Origin: Candidatus Eiseniibacteriota bacterium
GTDB lineage: Bacteria > Eisenbacteria > RBG-16-71-46 > JABDJR01
Reading direction: 5' to 3'
Assembly: GCA_963783375.1 (NCBI GenBank)
Contig: CAWANH010000029.1
Span: forward strand, 480,001 to 544,000
Length of the DNA: 64,000 nucleotides
Below, piece by piece: positions 50,090 through 60,029 of the stretch. The translations under genes were made by a program, and so were the position numbers. The notes under the pieces are model-generated. The model was given only the letters and a program-made list of their open reading frames with translations, was not told where the DNA came from and made no database searches. Position 1 is the first letter of the stretch; every line of letters begins with the position of its first letter.

Positions 50090-51468
50090 GTCCTACCCTC
50101 CCCGACGCCGTCCATCTCCCGCGGGCCTCCATCCTCCACCCGCACCACGCGGGCGTGGGCCCGGTCTCCGGAAAACTGGAGCACTACCGGAGCGCTCTCG
50201 GCAAGCCCCGCCGCCGCGACCCGGATCCGCCCGGTGGCTTCGTCCCGGACCAGGCAGTACCCCCGGCCGAGCACCGCGGTGGGATCGAGCGCGGCGAGCG
50301 CCCGCTCGAGTCCCTCCACTCGCCCCTTTCGGGCCCGAAGGGCCACCCGGCGCGCCCGATCGAGCCGTTCGCCGGCGCCGGACACCCCGCGGCGCAGGCT
50401 CCCCACCCGGGGGGCGGGGTCGGCGGCGGCAAGACGTCTCGAGGCCTCGGCGGCCGATCGGCGACTCCCGGTCAGGGAGCGCGCCGTGGCCTTCTGCAGC
50501 CGCTCGGCCAGATCGTCCACCCGTTGCTCTTCCCGGCGGAGGAAGACCTCGGGGCGCCGGAACCCGTAGGCCCCGACCAGGCGGCCGAGGTGGGCGCGCC
50601 GGGCTTCGGTCGCGCTCTCCGTCCGCCTCCGCGCCCGTTCCCAGAGGACGATGAACCGGCGCGCCACCTCCCGGCGATCGGGAGCCGCGATCTCCGCCGC
50701 CGCCGACGGGGTGGCGGCGCGGACATCGGCGACCAGGTCGGCGATGGTGACGTCGATCTCGTGTCCCACCGCGGAGATCACCGGGGTGCGGCAGGCCGCG
50801 ATGGCCCGGGCCACCGGTTCCTCGTTGAAGGCCCAGAGATCCTCCAGGCTTCCGCCGCCGCGCCCCACGATCATCACGTCGGCTCCCCCCCAGCGATCCA
50901 TCCGCTCCACCGCGACCGCGATCTCCGCCGCCGCTCCCTCGCCCTGGACCCGGACCGGGATGGTCACGATGTCCGCCGCCGGCCACCGCCGGGAAAGCAC
51001 GTGCAGGAGATCCCGGATCGCCGCGCCGGTGGGCGAGGTGATGAGGCCGATCACCCGGGGGTAGGCGGGAAGCGGTTGCTTCTTCTCGGGGGCGAAGAGA
51101 CCCTCGGCGGCGAGGCGACGCTTCAGCGCCTCGAAGGCTTGCATGAGGGCGCCGAGTCCCGAGGGAACCATGCGCCGCACGATGAGCTGGAGGTCGCCCC
51201 GGGGCTCGTAGAGCGAGAGCTCCCCTTCCGCCTCCACCTCCACCCCGTCGGCGGGAAGGAACCGGAGGCCGATGGCCGCCCCCCGGAACATCACCCCTCG
51301 AAGCTGGGCGGCGGAATCCTTGAGTGCGAAGTAGAGATGTCCGGAGCCGGGTTTCCGGAAGTTCGAGATCTCTCCGCGCACCCGCACGCGCCCGTACTCG
51401 CCTTCCAGGGTGCGACGGATCCGTCCGGTGATCTCGGAGACGGTGAAGGCCGGGGACTCCTCGCTCAC
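50086..51468 (-). CDS. xseA: Exodeoxyribonuclease VII large subunit
   Basis: GEISN, SGHLYFALKD, TSPTGAAIRD, RGGGSLEDLWAFNEE, SAVGHE.D, ATPSAAAE. Confidence 0.95.
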   Translation of the reverse strand: MSEESPAFTVSEITGRIRRTLEGEYGRVRVRGEISNFRKPGSGHLYFALKDSAAQLRGVMFRGAAIGLRFLPADGVEVEAEGELSLYEPRGDLQLIVRRMVPSGLGALMQAFEALKRRLAAEGLFAPEKKQPLPAYPRVIGLITSPTGAAIRDLLHVLSRRWPAADIVTIPVRVQGEGAAAEIAVAVERMDRWGGADVMIVGRGGGSLEDLWAFNEEPVARAIAACRTPVISAVGHEIDVTIADLVADVRAATPSAAAEIAAPDRREVARRFIVLWERARRRTESATEARRAHLGRLVGAYGFRRPEVFLRREEQRVDDLAERLQKATARSLTGSRRSAAEASRRLAAADPAPRVGSLRRGVSGAGERLDRARRVALRARKGRVEGLERALAALDPTAVLGRGYCLVRDEATGRIRVAAAGLAESAPVVLQFSGDRAHARVVRVEDGGPREMDGVGEGRT

Positions 51469-51523
51469 GTCGGCGACCCCGGGACCGGATCCTCTCCCGA
51501 ACCGGCCCGAGCGGCGGGAGGCA

Positions 51524-52420
51524 CTAGTCCCTCTCCCAGGGACGGGTGAATCCGCCGCCGGCGGCGTCCACCGTGTTCCGCATGAGCATGGCCACGGTCA
51601 TCGGACCCACCCCGCCGGGGACGGGGGTCAGGGCGCCGGCGATCTCCGCCGCCTCGGGGGCCACGTCTCCCACCAGCTTGAACTTCCCCGGCTTCTCGGG
51701 ATGGGGGATGCGGTTCATGCCCACGTCGATCACCACCGCTCCCGGCTTGATCATCTCCGCGGTCACGATCCCCGCCCGGCCCATCGCGGCCACCAGCACG
51801 TCGGCCTGGCGGGTGAAGCGCTCGGGCTCGCGGCTCCGGCTGTGGAGCAGCACCACCGTGGCGTCGCGCCCCTCTCCCTTCTGGCTCAGGAGGTTGGCCA
51901 TGGGCCGTCCCACCACGTTGGACCGGCCCATCACCGCCACCAGCGCGCCCGGGAGCTTCACCTCTTCCCGGCGGAGGAGATACATGATCCCGAGCGGTGT
52001 GCAGGGTACGAACCCCGGTTCACCCCGCACCAGCCGGCCCACGTTGACCGGGTGGAATCCGTCCACGTCCTTGGCCGGATCGATGAGTTCCAGGAGGGCC
52101 GTGGGATCGAAGCCAGGGGGAAGGGGAAGCTGGAGCAGCACCCCGTGCACCGAGGGATCCCGGTTGAGCGAACCGAGCGCTTCGCGCGCATCCCCGGGAT
52201 CGGCGTCGGCGGGCAGCACCACCTGGCGCGACTCCACCCCCACCTCGGCCGAGGCCTCGGCCTTCTTCCGGAGGTAGACGATCGAGGCCGGGTCCTCCCC
52301 GATCCGCATCATGGCCAGGGTGGGGGTCACTCCGCGTTCGCGGAGGGCGCCCGCCCTGGCCGCCGCCTCACGGCGGATTTCCGCCGCCGCTTCCTTCCCG
52401 TCGATCTTCCGTGCCGTCAT
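51524..52420 (-). CDS. folD: Bifunctional methylenetetrahydrofolate dehydrogenase/cyclohydrolase
   Basis: IDGK, LLQLPLP, KDVDGFHP.N, PCTP, GRSNVVGRP, TPVPGGVGPMT. Confidence 0.95.
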   Translation of the reverse strand: MTARKIDGKEAAAEIRREAAARAGALRERGVTPTLAMMRIGEDPASIVYLRKKAEASAEVGVESRQVVLPADADPGDAREALGSLNRDPSVHGVLLQLPLPPGFDPTALLELIDPAKDVDGFHPVNVGRLVRGEPGFVPCTPLGIMYLLRREEVKLPGALVAVMGRSNVVGRPMANLLSQKGEGRDATVVLLHSRSREPERFTRQADVLVAAMGRAGIVTAEMIKPGAVVIDVGMNRIPHPEKPGKFKLVGDVAPEAAEIAGALTPVPGGVGPMTVAMLMRNTVDAAGGGFTRPWERD

Positions 52421-53214
52421 GCCGATTCCCCTTCGTCGACGCGTCGGTCCACCCGCTCGATGGAGTGCGCGCGGCCGGTTTCGTCGTCCAGCTTCACCAG
52501 CACCGAGCTGAAGCGGAGGTCGCCGGATGCGGGCTGGAAGCGATGGTAGAGCCCGGTCCGGAAGTTGGCCAGCACCGGCTCCTTCTGCATGCCGATCACC
52601 GAGTCGTAGGGGCCGGTCATCCCGGTGTCGGTGACGAACGCGGTGCCCTGGGGTAGCACGCGGGTATCGGCGGTGGGAACGTGGGTGTGGGTGCCGAGGA
52701 CCGCCGAGGCGCGGCCGTCGAGGTGCCATCCCATGGCCATCTTCTCCGAGGTGGCCTCGGCGTGCATGTCCACCAGGAGGTAGCGCGCCCCGCGCTCCCG
52801 GGCCCGCTTCACCAGCGCGTCGGCGGCCCGGAACGGATCATCGAGCGGACGCATGAAAACGCGGCCGAGAAGGCAGCCCACCATGAGGGGACCCCGGGGA
52901 AGGTCCAGGGTGGCCATGACGTGCCCGGGGGTCCCGGGAGGGTAGTTGGCCGGCCGCACCACCCGCTCCTCGTTCTCCACGAACTGGATCCCTTCCCGCT
53001 TGTCGAAAAGGTGATTTCCTCCGGTGATGAGATCGACCCCGACAGCGAAGAGAGCCTCCGCGGTGTCGTGGGTGATGCCGGCCCCGCCGGCCAGGTTCTC
53101 CCCGTTGGCCACCACGGCGTCCACCGCGAGGTCCCGGCGAATGCCGGGCAGGACCTCCTCGACCGCCCGGCGCCCGGGGCGCCCCATCACGTCGCCGATG
53201 AATAGCAAGTTCAT
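52417..53214 (-). CDS. ymdB: YmdB/TIGR00282 family metallophosphoesterase
   Basis: LFIGDVMGRPGR, NGEN.AGG.G, TGGNH, DMHAEATSEK, GTHTHV, DTGMTGP. Confidence 0.9.
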   Translation of the reverse strand: MNLLFIGDVMGRPGRRAVEEVLPGIRRDLAVDAVVANGENLAGGAGITHDTAEALFAVGVDLITGGNHLFDKREGIQFVENEERVVRPANYPPGTPGHVMATLDLPRGPLMVGCLLGRVFMRPLDDPFRAADALVKRARERGARYLLVDMHAEATSEKMAMGWHLDGRASAVLGTHTHVPTADTRVLPQGTAFVTDTGMTGPYDSVIGMQKEPVLANFRTGLYHRFQPASGDLRFSSVLVKLDDETGRAHSIERVDRRVDEGESA

Positions 53215-53221
53215 GACAAAA

Positions 53222-53406
53222 GAAAATTCCCCGCCGGGTGCCGTGTGATTCGGGTTTTTGAACCTAAACTCATGAAGGGGGCGCCGTATCCCGGAGTTCG
53301 CGTCTTCCGCCTTCGCGGACCTCACTCCGTCCGGTGTTCCGGCTCCCGAAGTTTAGGTGTTGGCTCAAAAATACCTGGAATCATCACGGACAGGGCAGGG
53401 AATCTT
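53222..53406 (-). ncRNA. ssrS: 6S RNA
   Basis: About 185-nt rod whose ends pair (TTCCCTGCC..CCGTG..GATTC with GAATCACACGG..GGCGGGGAA). TTTTGAGCC/GGTTCAAAA and CCTAAACT/AGTTTAGG segments flank a central bubble. Classic position downstream of zapA. Confidence 0.85.
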
Positions 53407-53470
53407 CAAACCCTTCTGTTCGTGTGTTCGAGGCTCGGAGAACCGACGTCCGCCGCTCCTCCCTGCGATG

Positions 53471-53764
53471 TTAGTCCCCACCGATGGCTTCGTCCAGGAG
53501 TTCCTGGAGACGTTCGAGTCGCCGCGTGAGCGCGAGCCGTTCGCTGTTTCTCTGTTCGCGCTCCTCGAGCAGATCACCGGCGATGGACAGCGAAGCCAGG
53601 ACGGACACCTTGGTGGGCGGGAGCGCGGCTCGCGGGTCGAGCTCCTTCATCTTTCCGTCCACGATCGCCGCAATGCGCGCGATGGTCTCGGGGGCCAGAT
53701 CGGTGCGGAGCTGATAGCTCGCTCCGCGGAGCTGTACCGTGGTCTCGCTCACCGGCTTCTGCAT
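53471..53764 (-). CDS. zapA: Cell division protein ZapA
   Basis: VQLRGASYQL...IAAIVDGKM...KVSVLASLSIA, coiled coil. pheT-zapA-6S synteny. Confidence 0.85.
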   Translation of the reverse strand: MQKPVSETTVQLRGASYQLRTDLAPETIARIAAIVDGKMKELDPRAALPPTKVSVLASLSIAGDLLEEREQRNSERLALTRRLERLQELLDEAIGGD

Positions 53765-53809
53765 GGATTCACCTCACGCGGGCTCGGCGACCGTCCCGCC
53801 CGTCCGGGT

Positions 53810-54145
53810 TCAGCCGAGATCCAGAACCTCCAGCTTCTCCAGGATCGCCTGCACCCGGCGCGCGGTGTTCGCGCGTTCCCGGATGAGGGCGTCCTTCTCC
53901 TTCTCCAGGCGGGCGACATCCTCGTTGGCGTTCAGGCTCTTGTGGAGCGCGGCTTCCAGTTCGCGGACGCGCCCGTCGCGCTCCTGGAGGCGGCGGCGGA
54001 GGTCCTCACCTTCGGTGCGGAGGGCGTCCCGCTCCTCCCGCAGCTCGGCCAGGACCTTCGCCGCCGTCTCGACCTTCCGCTCCAGCAGTTCCAACGACTC
54101 CGAGGCGTCGCTCGCCTTCAGATCCTCCAGCTCCGTCTTGGTCAT
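53810..54145 (-). CDS. Coiled-coil protein, ZapB-like
   Basis: LELLERKV...L.ELREE heptads, C-terminal RVQAILEKL. Lies between pheT and zapA. Confidence 0.7.
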   Translation of the reverse strand: MTKTELEDLKASDASESLELLERKVETAAKVLAELREERDALRTEGEDLRRRLQERDGRVRELEAALHKSLNANEDVARLEKEKDALIRERANTARRVQAILEKLEVLDLG

Positions 54146-54177
54146 GGATCGCTCATCCCTCCCGCCGTGCGGGCCGC

Positions 54178-56586
54178 TCAGGCCTCGCGGCGAACGATTC
54201 CCAGTTGACGCAGGCCGGCCACGACGCGGTCGACCGCGGCATCCACTTCCTTGTCCTCCAGGGTCCGGTCGGCGGCGCGGAAGGTCAGGCTGAACCCGAG
54301 CCCCACGTGCCCGGCCGGAATGTGCTTGCCCCGGTAGTGATCGAAAAGCTCGATTTCCTGGAGCTGGGGCCCGGCCTCGCCGCGGATCCGGCTCCGCACC
54401 TCGTCCTGGGTAACCCCGCCGGGCACGATCAGCGCCAGATCGCGGCGCATCGCCGGGAACCGCGACGGCTCGCGGTAGACCCGGGGGGACCCGGCCTCCA
54501 GAGGCAGCGCTTCGAGGCGCACCTGGGCCAGGTACACCGGCCGGTTGAGATCCCAGGCCGAGGCGGCTTCCGGGCCCACTTCCCAGGCGCAACCGAAGCT
54601 CAGATCCCCCGCCGCCAGCTCGAGAGAGCCGGGGGGGAACAAACCCAGGCCATTATAGGGTCGCCACTTAGGTACGTCAATTTGAAACGCGGCTAGAAGT
54701 CCTTCCACGAAGCCCTTGAATTCCAAGAAGTTGAGACTGCGCTGCGCCCGCTCCAGCGAGGCCGGAAACTTGCCCCCGGCGGCCGCGATCCCCACCCAGG
54801 TGGTCTCCACGGGGAGGGGGCCCGGCGATCGGCGGTCGAATGTGGTTCCGATCTCGTAGAGGCGCGCTTCGGGCCGGCCGTGGCGAAGGTTGTGGGCCAC
54901 CGCGTCGAGGAGCGACGGCAGCAGCGTGACCCGGAGCCCCTCCTCCTCCCGGCTCGGAGGATCCATGAGCGGAAGGAAGGCGGCGCTCGCCGTCTCGGCG
55001 GCGATGCCCACCCGGGCGGCGGCCTCCTCCCGCACCAGGCACCGGGTGATGATCTCGCTGAATCCGAGCCCACGGAGCGCCTCCCCCACCCGGCGTCGCC
55101 GGTTCTCCTCGGGCTGGACCGGCGCCGCCACGGCGCTGGCGTTGTACTGGCGCTCGCCGATGGCGTCGTACCCCCGGTGGCGGGCCACTTCCTCCAGCAG
55201 GTCGCACTCCTCGAGCACGTCCCGCCGCCACGAGGGCACACCGATCATCCATGTCTCACCCGACCGGTCATCAACCTCGAAGCCGAAGGCCCGGAGCCGG
55301 GTCGCCACCTCCTCGTCCTCCACCGGATCTCCCAGGGTCCGGCCCACCGCGGCGGGCCGGAAAGACACCCGGCGCGGGGCGAGGAGGGAAGGATCGACCG
55401 CCTCGGCCATCCCCGGAGCCACCGTCCCCCCCGCGGTCTCGGCCAGGAGACCGGCGGCCCGCCGGGCGGCGGCGTCCACCGCCCCGGGATCCACGCCCCG
55501 GCGGAACCGGATCGAGGCCTCGGTGTCGAGACGGAGCCAGCGGGAGCCGCGAAGAATCCGCTCCGGGAGGAAGTAAGCCGCCTCGAGCAGGATGTCGTGA
55601 GTCCCCTCGTGGACCTCGGTGTTCGCCCCCCCCATGATCCCGCCGGCGGCGATGGGCCGCTCGCCGTCGGTGATCAGCAGCACCTGGGGATCGAGGGCGC
55701 GGTCCTGGCCGTCCAGGGTGGTGAGGCGTTCACCGGGCCGGGCCCGCCGGACGAGGATGCGCCCGGTACCGAGGCGCTCCAGATCGAAGGCGTGAAGCGG
55801 CTGGCCGAACTCCAGCATCACGAAGTTGGTGACGTCGACCACGTTGTTGATGCTCCGCTGGCCGGCTCCTTCCAGTCGGCGCACCAGCCACTCCGGGGAG
55901 GGTCCCACGCGAACCCCACGGATCAGGTGTGCGGTGAACCGGGGGCAATCCCCGGCGTCCTCGACCGCCACCGCGAACTCGCCGGTCACCGGCACGCCTC
56001 CGCGGTCGGCTTCGGTGGGCGGGAGACGAAGGGGCTTCCCGGTGAGGGCGGCGATCTCGCGGGCGATTCCCACGTGGCAGAGGCAGTCCCCGCGGTTGGA
56101 GGGAACGTCGATCTCCAACACCACGTCGCGGGAACCGAGAACCTGCGCGAACGGCGTCCCCACCTCGGCGGGGGGGAGTTCCATGATGCCGGAGGCGTCA
56201 TCCCCGAGGCCGAGTTCGATCTCGGAGCAAAGCATGCCGTTCGAGACCTCGCCCCGGATCTTGCTCTTCTTCAGGGTCACGCCGTTGGGAAGCGCGGCGC
56301 CCACCCGGGCCAGGGGGCTCAACATGCCTTCGCGGACATTGGGAGCCCCGCACACCACCTCCACCGTCTCTCCCCCTCCGGCGTCCACCCGGCAGAGGCT
56401 CAACCGGTCGGCGTTGGGATGGCGGCGGACCTCCAGCACCTTCCCCACCACCACGGTGTCCGGAATGACGCTCGGGCGCTCCACCCGATCGACCGGAAGT
56501 CCGGCCATGGTGAGGAGCCGGGCCAGAACCTCCGGCTCCTGCTCGATCTCCACGTAGTCCCTGATCCAGGAAAGACTGAAACGCAC
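54178..56586 (-). CDS. pheT: Phenylalanine--tRNA ligase beta subunit
   Basis: HPNADRL, VCGAPN, SNGMLCS..ELG, NRGD, NNVVDVTNFV, GQPLHAFD, PSWRRD, RDLAL. GTG start after SD; TGGTAGGAT extended -10 upstream (56647-56655). Confidence 0.95.
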   Translation of the reverse strand: MRFSLSWIRDYVEIEQEPEVLARLLTMAGLPVDRVERPSVIPDTVVVGKVLEVRRHPNADRLSLCRVDAGGGETVEVVCGAPNVREGMLSPLARVGAALPNGVTLKKSKIRGEVSNGMLCSEIELGLGDDASGIMELPPAEVGTPFAQVLGSRDVVLEIDVPSNRGDCLCHVGIAREIAALTGKPLRLPPTEADRGGVPVTGEFAVAVEDAGDCPRFTAHLIRGVRVGPSPEWLVRRLEGAGQRSINNVVDVTNFVMLEFGQPLHAFDLERLGTGRILVRRARPGERLTTLDGQDRALDPQVLLITDGERPIAAGGIMGGANTEVHEGTHDILLEAAYFLPERILRGSRWLRLDTEASIRFRRGVDPGAVDAAARRAAGLLAETAGGTVAPGMAEAVDPSLLAPRRVSFRPAAVGRTLGDPVEDEEVATRLRAFGFEVDDRSGETWMIGVPSWRRDVLEECDLLEEVARHRGYDAIGERQYNASAVAAPVQPEENRRRRVGEALRGLGFSEIITRCLVREEAAARVGIAAETASAAFLPLMDPPSREEEGLRVTLLPSLLDAVAHNLRHGRPEARLYEIGTTFDRRSPGPLPVETTWVGIAAAGGKFPASLERAQRSLNFLEFKGFVEGLLAAFQIDVPKWRPYNGLGLFPPGSLELAAGDLSFGCAWEVGPEAASAWDLNRPVYLAQVRLEALPLEAGSPRVYREPSRFPAMRRDLALIVPGGVTQDEVRSRIRGEAGPQLQEIELFDHYRGKHIPAGHVGLGFSLTFRAADRTLEDKEVDAAVDRVVAGLRQLGIVRREA
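54652..54680 (-). promoter_or_regulatory. Internal sigma70 promoter within pheT
   Basis: TTGACG - 17 nt - TATAAT in an AT-rich codon patch, about 500 nt upstream of the zapB-like gene. Confidence 0.75.
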
Positions 56587-56827
56587 GGAATCCCCTCTCC
56601 CTCCGCGTGCCATTCCACGCACGCGGGAGCCGGTAGCGAATCGGGAATCCTACCACGGGCCGGATGAAAATTCCCGGGGGGCTCCGTCCTTCCCATCCCC
56701 CGCCCCAGCGGCTAAACTGCCACCGCATGCAAACCTGCCGCACCCCTACTTCCCTTCGCGTTCGGACCGCGCGATTCGCCGCCGCGGGACGCCGGCTCTT
56801 CGCCCCGGAGGCGAAGCCCACCGGACC

Positions 56828-57958
56828 ATGAAGGTCTGCCTGATCTCCCTCGGCGGGCTCGATTGTCAGCTCGTCGAACCGCACAGTACCCGGGGCGGTT
56901 CGGAACTCCAGACCACCCTCCTCGCCCGGGCCCTGGAGGCGCGCGGCCACGAGGTGACGATGGTGGTGACCGACTACGTCGGGGCGGCCCGCACCGCCCC
57001 GCGGGTCACGGACTTCCGGCTCCTCAACGCCTACGACACCCGGGCCGGGATCCGCGGACTCCGGTTCGTTCCGCGGTGGCGGGAGCTCATCCGCGCCCTG
57101 GACCGGGCCGACGCCGCGGTCTATTACCAGCGGGGCGCGGGGGCGGTCACCGGACAGGCCGGCCTCTTCGCCGCCCGGCGCGGGCGTGCGTTCGTGTTCG
57201 GTGCCGCCAGCGACACCGACGTCGACCCCCGCCGCCTTCGCCTGGGACCCCGGGACCGCTTGCTCTTCCGGGCCGGGCTCACCCGCGCCACCCGGGTGGT
57301 GGTCCAACACCGGGAACAGCGGGAGCTTCTCCGGAAGGGTTTCGGTGTGTCGTCAACGGTGATCGGAAGCATCAGCCCGTTCTTCCCCGAGAGCGTGCGC
57401 CCACCCGAGGACCCGCCGGTGGTGGTCTGGCTCGGAAACTTCCGCGCCCTCAAGCATCCGGAGATCTTCCTCGAAGCCGCGGCCCGGTTCCCCGAGACCC
57501 ACTTCGTGATGATGGGGGGCCCGGTGGCGTCCGAAGCCGATCTGTTCGGCCGGGTGCGCAAGGCCGCCGCCGCCGTCCCCAACGTCACCTTCATGGGCCC
57601 GGTGGCCGACCCGGCCCCGGTTCTGGCCGGGGCATGGGCGCTTCTCAACACCTCCGAGTTCGAAGGGTTTCCCACCAGCTTCGTGGAGGCCTGGGCCCAC
57701 GGGGTGCCCACCGTCTCCTTCGTCGATCCGGGGGGCGTGGTGACCGAAGAGGAGTTGGGACGGGTGGCGGACACCGCCGAGTCGCTCCTCGGCCACCTGG
57801 GTCGGATGCTGGGCTCCCGAAGTCTTCGCGACGAGCTGGGAGCGCGGGCGCGCGCCCACGTCGCGCGCGAACATGGGGCGGACCGGGTGGCCGAACGCTA
57901 CGATCGCCTGTTCCGGGAGATCGCCGGGCCGGGCCGAACCCGGGAACGGAGGGACTGA
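56828..57958 (+). CDS. Glycosyltransferase family 4
   Basis: GGSE, WLGNFRALKHPE, NTSEFEGFPTSFVEAW. Confidence 0.88.
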   Translation: MKVCLISLGGLDCQLVEPHSTRGGSELQTTLLARALEARGHEVTMVVTDYVGAARTAPRVTDFRLLNAYDTRAGIRGLRFVPRWRELIRALDRADAAVYYQRGAGAVTGQAGLFAARRGRAFVFGAASDTDVDPRRLRLGPRDRLLFRAGLTRATRVVVQHREQRELLRKGFGVSSTVIGSISPFFPESVRPPEDPPVVVWLGNFRALKHPEIFLEAAARFPETHFVMMGGPVASEADLFGRVRKAAAAVPNVTFMGPVADPAPVLAGAWALLNTSEFEGFPTSFVEAWAHGVPTVSFVDPGGVVTEEELGRVADTAESLLGHLGRMLGSRSLRDELGARARAHVAREHGADRVAERYDRLFREIAGPGRTRERRD

Positions 57959-57959
57959 A

Positions 57960-59969
57960 GTGGAATCGATCGAGTCATCTCCCCCGGCGCGGAAGAGCGT
58001 CCCCACCCTGATCTTCGTCCTGGTCCTGGCCCTCTACGTCCTGACCCTGCTGGGCTGGGGGGGCTCCGTCCTCGCCGCTGGGGCGGGAATCGCCGCCGCG
58101 TTCCTGTTTCCGGGGAACGCGCTCCTGGTGGCGGCCTCCGCGCCGCGTTCCCGAACCCGGGACCTGGTGGCCGGGGTCGCTCTCTCCCCCGTGGTGTTGG
58201 GGGGGGTCCTCGTCGTCGCCGAGCTCACCGGGGGAATCTCCGCCCTCTGGGTTCGGGGGACCGTTCTGGGATGCGGCGGCGTACTCGTTTTGTTTCGACT
58301 TCTCGACGATGGCGCCGCACCCGATAGCGACGAGGACGTGGGATGGGCGCCATGGCTGATCGGGCTCGGCGCGGCCGTGCTGGTGGGACTGGTGCTCATC
58401 CCCGCCCCGTGGCGACGGGTTGCCTCCGACGCCTGGTTCCATACCGCGGTGGCGCTGGAGATGGAGCGGGGGGGGCTCCCGCCGCAGGATCCCTACTTCG
58501 CGGGCATCGCCCTCCAGTACTTCTGGTTCTACCACGCCGTCCTCCTGGCGCTCCGAGACGCGGCCGGACTCAACCCGCCCGACGCCATGACCCTCATGAA
58601 CCTCCTGGCCGTCGGACTCTGCGTTCCCGCCGCCGCCCGGATCGGTCGCGCGCTGGGATTTTCGCGCGCCGCGGGAGCCTGGGGCGGGGTGCTCTTTCTC
58701 CTGGGAATGGGCGGCCTCTTCTGGCTGTTCTTCCCGGTCAAGCTGGTGACCGTGGTGATCGGGGACGTGCGGGGGATGGCGGCGCTCCGCCAGATCGTTC
58801 ACCTGGGGGCGCTCTGCCCCGCGAACACGGAGCCCTTCGTCCGGTTCCTGAACAGCTCGGTATTCATGTTGCGCAAGTTCCTGATCGGAACCGCGGTTCC
58901 CTGGGCGCTGCTGCTCCTCTTGGTGACGGCGGACGCCGCCCTGCGGTTCGTGCGGGAGGGAAAGGCCTCCCGGGCCTTCCTGCTCTTCGCCGCCGGGGCG
59001 GGGGCGTTTCTCTTCCACGTGGTGATCGGCGGGGCGTCCCTGGCCGCGTTGGCCGCCGGAGCGGCGGCCCTCGCGATCCTCCCCGGCGCCCCCCGGGGCC
59101 GCGCCCTGGGAACCGCGGTGATCGCGGCGGGGGCGCTGGCGGCGTGCCTCCCCTACCTGACTTCCCTCGTTCCTCCCGGGAGCACGGAGCGGGCCTTCCC
59201 CTTCGGGATCAGCCTCCGGGTCTGGGCTTCGGCTCCCTTCACCTTCGCCGGCGTGATCCTGCTCTCCCTCCCGGTCTGGAAACGGTTCTGGACCCTGCGC
59301 CGGCCGGATTCCGTCCTCTTCATGGGGTGGGCCGCCGCCTCGGTGGGCTACGGGCTCCTGGGCCGTCTTCCCGCCGCCAACCAGTTCGACAAGCCTCCGA
59401 TCGTGATGTACATCCCCCTCGCCCTGGCCGCGGGGTTCGCCGTGCCGCTCATCTGGAGGGCGCTGGCCGGCCGGCGCCGGCTCCGGGTGCTCTTCGCGGC
59501 GTTCCTCTTCCTGTACCTGGTCCCCGAGAACGCCCTCCTGTGGACGGCCTATGTAACCGAGGGCTCGCCGGCGCCGCTCAGCCCGGCCGAAACGCATCTC
59601 TACGCCTGGATCGGCCGCGAAACGCCGGCCGACGCGGTGTTCATCGATTCCCACGACCGCACCGAAGTGCTGGTCCGGGGTCCGCGCCGCCAGTACTGGG
59701 GACTGCCCGCCTACGCCTACCAGTGGGGTTACGATCGCGAGGTGATGGCCCTCCGACGGCGGACCCGGGACGAGGTGTACGCCTCCGGGGACCTTGACCC
59801 GAAGGAGATCGCCGGCCTCGCCGCCCTCCACGCCCCGGTGTACGTGATCGCCCGGGAAGAGGATACTCCGGGGGCGGGGAGGCGGCTGGCTGAGCGGCCC
59901 GCGCGTTATCGACGGGTATGGGCCGAGGACGGGCTGGCGGTGTTCCGGGTGAAGCTCGGCGGATCGTGA
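57960..59969 (+). CDS. Polytopic membrane protein, GT-C-like (DUF2298-like) transferase
   Basis: Many TM helices; early loop SDAWFH...PPQDPYFAG..LQYFWFYH; C-terminal soluble domain WIGRETPADAVF...AVFRV. Confidence 0.6.
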   Translation: MESIESSPPARKSVPTLIFVLVLALYVLTLLGWGGSVLAAGAGIAAAFLFPGNALLVAASAPRSRTRDLVAGVALSPVVLGGVLVVAELTGGISALWVRGTVLGCGGVLVLFRLLDDGAAPDSDEDVGWAPWLIGLGAAVLVGLVLIPAPWRRVASDAWFHTAVALEMERGGLPPQDPYFAGIALQYFWFYHAVLLALRDAAGLNPPDAMTLMNLLAVGLCVPAAARIGRALGFSRAAGAWGGVLFLLGMGGLFWLFFPVKLVTVVIGDVRGMAALRQIVHLGALCPANTEPFVRFLNSSVFMLRKFLIGTAVPWALLLLLVTADAALRFVREGKASRAFLLFAAGAGAFLFHVVIGGASLAALAAGAAALAILPGAPRGRALGTAVIAAGALAACLPYLTSLVPPGSTERAFPFGISLRVWASAPFTFAGVILLSLPVWKRFWTLRRPDSVLFMGWAAASVGYGLLGRLPAANQFDKPPIVMYIPLALAAGFAVPLIWRALAGRRRLRVLFAAFLFLYLVPENALLWTAYVTEGSPAPLSPAETHLYAWIGRETPADAVFIDSHDRTEVLVRGPRRQYWGLPAYAYQWGYDREVMALRRRTRDEVYASGDLDPKEIAGLAALHAPVYVIAREEDTPGAGRRLAERPARYRRVWAEDGLAVFRVKLGGS

Positions 59970-60029
59970 CCGGCGCCGCGCGCTCCGCGACCGATCGGGG
60001 CGCGATCGCCCGGCGAGGGTGACCGGCGG

